The notes beneath the pieces were generated by a model, which saw only the letters and a list, made by a program, of their open reading frames with translations, was not told where the DNA came from and searched no databases. Positions 1 to 6,910 of a stretch of 17,679 bases of DNA are shown piece after piece. This DNA is from an uncultured bacterium. Its GTDB lineage: Bacteria; Lernaellota; Lernaellaia; Lernaellales; Lernaellaceae. Location: assembly GCA_964534375.1 (NCBI GenBank), contig CAZHPN010000133.1, positions 1-17,679 of the forward strand, in the 5' to 3' direction. Within the stretch, counting starts at the first letter, position 1. Each line of letters starts with the position of its first letter. Made by a program: the position numbers and the translations under genes.

Positions 1-1
1 C

Positions 2-163
2 GACAATGACGACAACGACGACAACGACGACAACGACGACAACGACGACAACGACAATGACGACAACGACAATGACGACAACGATGACAACGACAACGAC
101 GACGACGACAGTTCGCCGAGCGACGACGACGACAGTTCGCCGAGCGACGACGACGACGACAGT
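2..163 (+). repeat. Low-complexity (GAC GAC AAC)n coding repeat, plus a 24-bp unit present twice (GACGACGACGACAGTTCGCCGAGC = DDDDSSPS)
   Basis: Directly visible tandem 9-bp and 6-bp units, in frame with the FGE-domain ORF. Confidence 0.9.
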
Positions 164-1024
164 GTTATCGATCCCGGTTTTGTGCGGGTCGATCACGGCA
201 CGTTCGTCATGGGCAGCCCGGCGGATGAGCCGGGCCGGTTCTCCGACGAGGTGGAGCACACGGTCACGCTCACGCACGATTTCGAGACGCTGATCGTTCC
301 GATCCAGCAGGGAGATTTCATCAGCTTGCTGAGTTACGATCCGAGCTACTATCAAAATTGCGGCGATCACTGCCCGGTGGAGTACGTCACCTGGTACGAC
401 GCCTTGGCCTACGCCAATGCGAGTTCCACCGCCGGCAAACTGACCCCGTGTTATGTCTTTGCGGACGTGCAATGCGCCGACGGCACGTCGGAGGACGCCG
501 ACTACCTGGCGTGCATGAACGATACGCAACGCGGCATCGTCTCGGCGACGATCTCGTTGAACGGCGTATCTTCCGTGTACGATTGCACGGGCTACCGACT
601 GCCGACCGAAGCGGAAGCCGAATACGCCGTGCGCGCCGGCACGACGACGGCGTTCTATTCCGGCGCGATCACGTATCCCACCGAGTGCTCGCCGCTCGAT
701 CCGAATCTCGATCCGATCGGCTGGTACTGCGGCAATGACAACACGATCCCCGAGCCGGTCGGCACGCGGGAACCGAATTCACTCGGCCTCTACGACATGA
801 GCAGCGACGTCTGGCAATGGTGCTGGGACCAATACGGCGCGTACCCGACCGGCCCGGTGACGGATCCGGAAGCCCCGGCGAGCGACCCGTTGCCGCGACG
901 GACCGGCCGCGGGTGCAGCTTCGACAACCCGCCCGAGTACTGCCGGTCGGCGTTCCGCTTCAACTGGGCGCCGGGCGATCCGAACGACAGCGTCGGCTTC
1001 CGCCTGGTGAAGTCGCTGAACTGA
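2..1024 (+). CDS. 5'-partial FGE-sulfatase (SUMF1/CLec-fold) domain protein with an N-terminal Asp/Asn-rich linker, probably secreted or a lipoprotein
   Basis: The frame of ORF 182..1024 stays open back to base 2 and reads DNDDNDD...DDDDSSPSDDDDSSPSDDDDDSVIDPGFVRVDHGTFVMGSP. Family motifs: GTFVMGS, PVEYVTWYDA, GYRLPTEAEAEYAVRAGT, PNSLGLYDMSSDVWQWCWD, RGCSF...CRSAFR...GFRLV. The start codon lies outside the window. Confidence 0.9.
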   Translation, partial: DNDDNDDNDDNDDNDDNDNDDNDNDDNDDNDNDDDDSSPSDDDDSSPSDDDDDSVIDPGFVRVDHGTFVMGSPADEPGRFSDEVEHTVTLTHDFETLIVPIQQGDFISLLSYDPSYYQNCGDHCPVEYVTWYDALAYANASSTAGKLTPCYVFADVQCADGTSEDADYLACMNDTQRGIVSATISLNGVSSVYDCTGYRLPTEAEAEYAVRAGTTTAFYSGAITYPTECSPLDPNLDPIGWYCGNDNTIPEPVGTREPNSLGLYDMSSDVWQWCWDQYGAYPTGPVTDPEAPASDPLPRRTGRGCSFDNPPEYCRSAFRFNWAPGDPNDSVGFRLVKSLN

Positions 1025-1034
1025 GCCGATCCCG

Positions 1035-1132
1035 GAAGCGCGGGTGTCCCCACCCGCATCGTAACGAGCAACCGGGGCGGGGGGCGTCCCCGCCCCTTCC
1101 TTTTCGGCCGGGCTGAGGACGCGCGCGCTCTC
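1035..1132. repeat. Cluster of degenerate REP-like GC-rich palindromes (two direct copies, one inverted)
   Basis: AGCGCGGGTGTCCCCACCCGC (1037-1057), GGCGGGGGGCGTCCCCGCCCC (1076-1096) and an inverted copy at 1111-1132 that matches 1034-1055 at 16 of 22 positions. Confidence 0.4.
1074..1104 (+). terminator. Probable intrinsic terminator after the FGE-domain gene
   Basis: Perfect 9-bp stem GGGGCGGGG (1074-1082) / CCCCGCCCC (1088-1096), 5-nt loop, then TTCCTTTT. Confidence 0.6.
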
Positions 1133-1155
1133 AGCGCGACTACGCGAGGCGACCC

Positions 1156-1485
1156 ATGACCCGAGACGACGCCCTTCGCGAATTGGCCCAGGGGAAGAAC
1201 CTCGGCGGGCGTCGCCTCGTCGACCTCGACTTGACGGGCGCGGCGTTTTCCAGCGCGAACCTGGCGGCGACGGTTTTCGAGCGCTGCCGCCTCGCGGGCG
1301 CGACGTTCGCCGGCGCGAATCTCGTCGGCGCGCGGTTCGTGCGGGCCGCAGGTTTGACGCCGGCGACGATCGCGGCGCTCGAACGCGCGGGGGCCGTGGT
1401 CGAACGGCCGCCGTTTCGCCTCGCGCCGCTGGCGGGCTGGCTCGCGATCCTCGCGGCCGCGCTGGCGGCGCTGTTTTGGCGATGA
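1156..1485 (+). CDS. Small pentapeptide-repeat protein with a C-terminal transmembrane helix (109 aa)
   Basis: A(D/N)LXX-type repeats (KNLGG RRLVD LDLTG AAFSS ANLAA TVFER CRLAG ATFAG ANLVG ARFVR). Hydrophobic tail LAGWLAILAAALAALFWR. GAGG lies 6 nt before the ATG. Confidence 0.75.
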   Translation: MTRDDALRELAQGKNLGGRRLVDLDLTGAAFSSANLAATVFERCRLAGATFAGANLVGARFVRAAGLTPATIAALERAGAVVERPPFRLAPLAGWLAILAAALAALFWR

Positions 1486-1494
1486 AAATTGATG

Positions 1495-1586
1495 TTTTTT
1501 CACCGCGAGGACGCAAAGAGCGCAAAGGGCGGCGGCGGACGCGCTCGGGGATTTTGACGCCGCTCGTGCGTCTGGCGGTGAAAAAA
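1495..1586. repeat. About 92-bp imperfect inverted-repeat element (MITE/REPIN-like) between convergent genes
   Basis: Left arm TTTTTTCACCGCgagGACGCAaaGAGCG (1495-1522). Reverse complement of the right arm (1561-1586): TTTTTTCACCGCcaGACGCAcGAGCG. The outer 12 bp are a perfect match. Confidence 0.55.
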
Positions 1587-1624
1587 ACAGCGGGCCCGCG
1601 GTCGCGTGCGGGCCCCGCTGTTTT
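1581..1624 (-). terminator. Intrinsic terminator of the pilin gene, probably bidirectional
   Basis: AAAACAGCGGGCCCGC ... GCGGGCCCCGCTGTTTT forms a long stem with one bulged base. It has T7 on the minus strand and T4 on the plus strand, and lies 16 nt past the pilin stop codon. Confidence 0.8.
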
Positions 1625-1640
1625 CGTCTGTTTTGCGCGG

Positions 1641-2000
1641 CTAGTTGCTGACGACGTAGTAGCCGTTGGCGCTGCCGGTGTTGTGGTGGGTGGTGAAGGT
1701 ATAGCCCGAGGTGTAGCCCGAGGTGTTGAACATGAACGTCACGGACGCGTCTTTGTTGAGATTGGTGTCCCAACTAGTCAACTGAACCAACGAGGTGGCG
1801 TACGAGCCGCCGACCGAACCGCCGGCGTTCTGGTAGAACATTTCTTCCGCGATTTTGCAGTTGTACGACGCGCTCTGGGCCGAGGCGTCATACGCCCGCT
1901 GCCGCAAGGCCGCGAAGTTCGGAATGGCGATCAGCGCCAGAATGCCGATGATCGAAATAACAATCATCAACTCGATCAGGGTGAAGCCTTTGTTTCTCAT
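1641..2000 (-). CDS. pilA: Type IVa major pilin (119-aa prepilin, 114-aa mature)
   Basis: Class III signal MRNKG|FTLIELMIVISIIGILALIAIP with G-1, F1, E5 and P22. AGGAGA RBS 7 nt upstream of the ATG at 2000, so the ORF-track extension to 2195 is not the real start. Its own sigma54 promoter and terminator fit a major pilin. Confidence 0.92.
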   Translation of the reverse strand: MRNKGFTLIELMIVISIIGILALIAIPNFAALRQRAYDASAQSASYNCKIAEEMFYQNAGGSVGGSYATSLVQLTSWDTNLNKDASVTFMFNTSGYTSGYTFTTHHNTGSANGYYVVSN

Positions 2001-2050
2001 GTGTGTTTCTCCTGGTTGAAAAAAATGCCATCGACGCCGGGGACAAACTG

Positions 2051-2067
2051 TGCAAGGCCGGCGCCAA
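2051..2067 (-). promoter_or_regulatory. Sigma54 (RpoN) -24/-12 promoter of the pilin gene
   Basis: The minus strand reads TTGGCGCCGGCCTTGCA: exact GG-N10-GC spacing and close to the TGGCACnnnnnTTGCW consensus, about 50 nt upstream of the ATG. pilA is RpoN/PilR-dependent in Pseudomonas, Myxococcus and Geobacter. Confidence 0.85.
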
Positions 2068-2323
2068 GGCGGGCCGGGTTTCCGGCCGGCGGCCGCCGCG
2101 CCCTCGCGCGACGCCGGCCGCCGTCGCGGGGCATGTTTCGCGCGACAAAAAGGCGGCGCGGCGACCGGTTCCGCCGCCCGGCGCCGCGTTCCCAAGGGGC
2201 GACGCGGGCCCCGGCCGGAAAACGCCGGACGGCAAAATAACGGGGTTTCCGCGATTATTCACGATATCTGCCGTAACTGATATCCCAATATTGCGCGATG
2301 CGGACGCCGGCGCGCGACCTGTA

Positions 2324-2350
2324 CGTTTTGTAAAGCGGCGTTACGAAACG
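2324..2350. promoter_or_regulatory. Dyad-symmetric candidate transcription-factor or enhancer site upstream of the pilin
   Basis: CGTTTTGTAA-N7-TTACGAAACG. The arms match at 9 of 10 positions, in an AT-richer intergenic patch about 260 nt upstream of the sigma54 site. Confidence 0.4.
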
Positions 2351-2384
2351 GAAGACCGCCGCCGCGGGCACCGGCGGGCGAAAG

Positions 2385-4118
<1,734 letters not shown>

Positions 4119-4333
4119 CGCCGAATCCTTTTGTTGGACCGATCTTAGCATTTCCTGCGCAACCGGAGAAACTCACCAATCGTACGCGAGCGCGGCGCGG
4201 CGCGTTGTTTTTTTCCGGTTGCGCCAAACCACTCGAAATTGAGGCGATCCGAGGCTTTACAACCGCGGCGGCAACCACATATTCTCAAGACGTGAAAAGT
4301 ACCGATCGCGATCATGGTGATCTGGGAGAGGCC

Positions 4334-5941
4334 TTGCGGAAGCTGCGGCCGAAAAACTGGCATTTCAGCAACCGGCTGACGTTGATGACGCTCGTTTTCA
4401 CGCTGGCGCCGCTGACGATTTACGTCGGCATCGCGGCGCAACTCTTTCGCCGCAACATCGTCGCGTCGGCGGAAATGGAGCTGCAGCAGCAGGCGAAAGC
4501 CCTCATTATGCTTTGCGAAGCGCAGGAGGCGCTGGACCGGTTGACCAAATCGACGCCGTCGTCCGTCAAGGGCATCGACGCGGTCACCGGCGCCTCGCCG
4601 GGGGGTTGGCGGGAAGGCGCGCAATACCGCTCGTTGCAATCGATCATCATGGGCGCGCGCGTCGCGGCGTCCGGTTACGCCGACGTGTTCAACAGCGACG
4701 GCCGCCTGCTGATCCGGCCGCGCGAGGGGCCGAAGGACGGTTTCGATCCGCAGGAAGAAAGCGCGAACTTTCAGAAAAACATCCGCGAACGCGCGCTGCG
4801 CCTGCCCATCGGCGGCGTCGACACGATCCATTACGACGCGGTCGATGCGCGCGACCCCGCCCGCCGGTCGCGCGCGCGGCTGGCCGGCTTCGGTTACTTC
4901 AAACCGTACGACTGGATCGTGGTCGTCGGCTGCTACGAAGACGAACTGACCGCGCCCTACGCGGACGCCCGCCGGTTGTTTTATTTGATGATCGCGGTCC
5001 TGCCGTTGCTCGTCGGCGGGCCGGTGTTTTATCTCTCGCGGCGGATGATGCAGCCGATCGTGCAACTGACCGAATCCGCCTCGCGCATCGCGCACGGCGC
5101 GTTCGGGTCGGCCGCGCCGTTGGGCTCGCGCGACGAGATCGGCAAACTGACAGGCGAGTTCAATCTCATGCTCAACCGCTTGCACGAAGAGCAGATTCGC
5201 CAATTGCAGGAATGGAACAAAGATCTCGAACATAAAGTCGCGGAGCGAACCTTGGAGTTGGAGAAACGCGCGGCGCAGTTGAGCGGGCTGGCCTTCGATC
5301 TGACCCAGGCGGAAGTCCGCGAACGCAAACGGCTGGCGCAATTCCTCCACGACGATCTCCAGCAGTTGCTGGTCTGCACGAAGCTGTCGGTGTCCGCCGC
5401 GATGGCGAACAGCGCCGACGACAAGGCGCGCGAGTCCCTGGAGGACGCCAAGGCGCTGCTGGATCAATCGATCGCCGCATCGCGCACGCTGACTTCGGAA
5501 ATCTCGCCGCCGATTCTCAACGAAGGCGACCTGGCGGGCGTGCTCGATTGGGCGGCGCGCTGGATGCACGATAAACACGGCCTATCCGTCGAGGTGCGCG
5601 CCGATGCGGAGATCGAAACGCGCTTGGAAGTCCGCGTGCTGTTGTTCCAGGTGGTTCGCGAATTGTTGTTCAATGTCGTCAAGCACGCCGGGGTCGATCG
5701 CGCGGAAATCGCGCTGGCTCGTTGCGGTCCGGCCGAACTCTCGATCGTCGTGCGCGACAACGGCAAAGGCTTCGAGCCCCAAGCCGCGCGTCGCCCGGAC
5801 AAAACCACCGGCGGCTTCGGCTTGTTCAGCATCTGCGAACGCCTCCAATGGATCGGCGGCCGCTGCGAAATCGCCAGCGCGCCCGGCGAGGGCACGGCCG
5901 TCAAACTCTACGCACCAACGGCGGGAGACAGTTCGGGCTAA
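4334..5941 (+). CDS. Membrane sensor histidine kinase (TM-Cache-TM-HAMP-coiled coil-HisKA_3-HATPase; NarX/UhpB class)
   Basis: Cache motifs SGYADVFNSDGRLLIRP and YFKPYDWIVVVG. HAMP: PIVQLTESASRIAHG...DEIGKLTGEFNLM. H-box ERKRLAQFLHDDLQQLL, N-box ELLFNVVKHA, G1 DNGKGF, G2 GFGLFSI...PGEGT. Start uncertain: TTG 4334 follows GGGAG, and GTG 4292 is possible. The 4103 start would overlap the divergent gene. Confidence 0.9.
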   Translation: MRKLRPKNWHFSNRLTLMTLVFTLAPLTIYVGIAAQLFRRNIVASAEMELQQQAKALIMLCEAQEALDRLTKSTPSSVKGIDAVTGASPGGWREGAQYRSLQSIIMGARVAASGYADVFNSDGRLLIRPREGPKDGFDPQEESANFQKNIRERALRLPIGGVDTIHYDAVDARDPARRSRARLAGFGYFKPYDWIVVVGCYEDELTAPYADARRLFYLMIAVLPLLVGGPVFYLSRRMMQPIVQLTESASRIAHGAFGSAAPLGSRDEIGKLTGEFNLMLNRLHEEQIRQLQEWNKDLEHKVAERTLELEKRAAQLSGLAFDLTQAEVRERKRLAQFLHDDLQQLLVCTKLSVSAAMANSADDKARESLEDAKALLDQSIAASRTLTSEISPPILNEGDLAGVLDWAARWMHDKHGLSVEVRADAEIETRLEVRVLLFQVVRELLFNVVKHAGVDRAEIALARCGPAELSIVVRDNGKGFEPQAARRPDKTTGGFGLFSICERLQWIGGRCEIASAPGEGTAVKLYAPTAGDSSG

Positions 5942-6066
5942 ACACGGAGAACACTGCGCGACGGAGCCGCAGCCAAGTTGCCGATTGCGGATTGCAGCGC
6001 AGAGAGCGCCGCAGTGGGCGCCGTGAAAATAGAAGAGCGAAATTGGGAATCAACGGGGCGCCCATT

Positions 6067-6095
6067 TTGCTTTTTTCGCGCTTTCGTCATACAAC
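6067..6095 (+). promoter_or_regulatory. Candidate sigma70 promoter that would give a leaderless transcript
   Basis: TTGCTT-N17-TACAAC, ending 7 nt before ATG 6103. No Shine-Dalgarno sequence is visible. Confidence 0.35.
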
Positions 6096-6102
6096 GGGCT
6101 CC

Positions 6103-6906
6103 ATGATTTCACCGCAAATCCTGCTCACCGACTTCGACGCGCGGCAGTGGATCAACCTGCTGGCGCTGCTCGCGCCGGCGAAGGCGCCGCCGAAAAGTTA
6201 TCTGGTGTGCATTCTGGACGGCGAACGGTGTCTCAAGGCGTGGCACAGCAAGAAGGGCGTGCTGTGGGGTTTCCCGTTTCCGGGCCTCGAGCGGCTCGAA
6301 GAGGCGCGCGAAAGCGCCGGGGCCGACGTCGTCTTGTGCCTGCCGCGCGGGGCCTTGCAAGAGATATTTTATCATGCGCAGGAAGCCGTGCGGCCGTTTG
6401 ACGACGTTGTGAAGCAGGCGCTCGACATGATCGCCGCCGGACGCGACGCGGTCGACCGTGTCGGAACATGGTATCCTCAGAAACCTGTTGATTTACAATT
6501 ATATAAGTATGAAAAATTAGAGAAATACTTTAACAAATTCTGGCCCGATGATTCCGCCCTGGGGCTTTTCGTTTTTGAGGGCAAACAGGTGCACACGTCG
6601 GCGATACTTGGCAAAGATCACGGCGAGATCAACGTGTTCACGACGCTCGACGCGTTTGGCATGTCCGATCAGGCGCTCGATTGGCGCACCAACTGGAAAG
6701 CGCTCGCCGGGATGGTCGCCCAGCGCTTCGCGCCGCTGCACTCGGCGTTGTTCGTCGAGTTGTCGTCGTTGCGCGAAATGCGCGCCGGCCCGCGCCCGCT
6801 CACGTACCTCCGGCTCGCCGAAAAGCGGGGGCGCGCGCTGATCTACCCGAAGCCGTTCGCCCTGAAACTGGCGCTTTGGGCGGGACGCATCTTCAAGGGT
6901 ATGTGA
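6103..6906 (+). CDS. Hypothetical soluble protein (267 aa)
   Basis: Protein-like composition begins at MISPQILLTDFDARQWINLL. The ORF-track extension to 5722 is Arg-rich and overlaps the kinase. The stop is 4 nt before the next ATG, suggesting an operon. No motif recognised. Confidence 0.8.
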   Translation: MISPQILLTDFDARQWINLLALLAPAKAPPKSYLVCILDGERCLKAWHSKKGVLWGFPFPGLERLEEARESAGADVVLCLPRGALQEIFYHAQEAVRPFDDVVKQALDMIAAGRDAVDRVGTWYPQKPVDLQLYKYEKLEKYFNKFWPDDSALGLFVFEGKQVHTSAILGKDHGEINVFTTLDAFGMSDQALDWRTNWKALAGMVAQRFAPLHSALFVELSSLREMRAGPRPLTYLRLAEKRGRALIYPKPFALKLALWAGRIFKGM

Positions 6907-6910
6907 CGAA

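Noticed and set aside
1..170. Possible CRISPR array
   Set aside because: Short 3-, 6- and 9-bp coding units with no unique spacers, and no cas genes in the window.
6..293. Poly-Thr ORF (MTTTTT...), and the similar poly-Thr/poly-Val ORFs at 3764..4111 and 3093..4148
   Set aside because: These are alternative-frame readings of GAC/AAC repeats. The Asp/Asn frame is the one continuous with recognisable domains.
2001..2195. N-terminal extension of the pilin in the ORF track
   Set aside because: It contains the sigma54 promoter and RBS. The short type IVa leader MRNKG starts at 2000.
5722..6102. N-terminal extension of the hypothetical protein
   Set aside because: Arg-rich off-frame overlap with the kinase ATPase domain and the intergenic region.
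6490..6517. Possible dif (XerCD) site in the AT-rich island
   Set aside because: GTATGAAAAAT matches the XerD arm TTATGTTAAAT at 8 of 11 positions, but the left arm lacks the inner ATAA and the site is inside a CDS.
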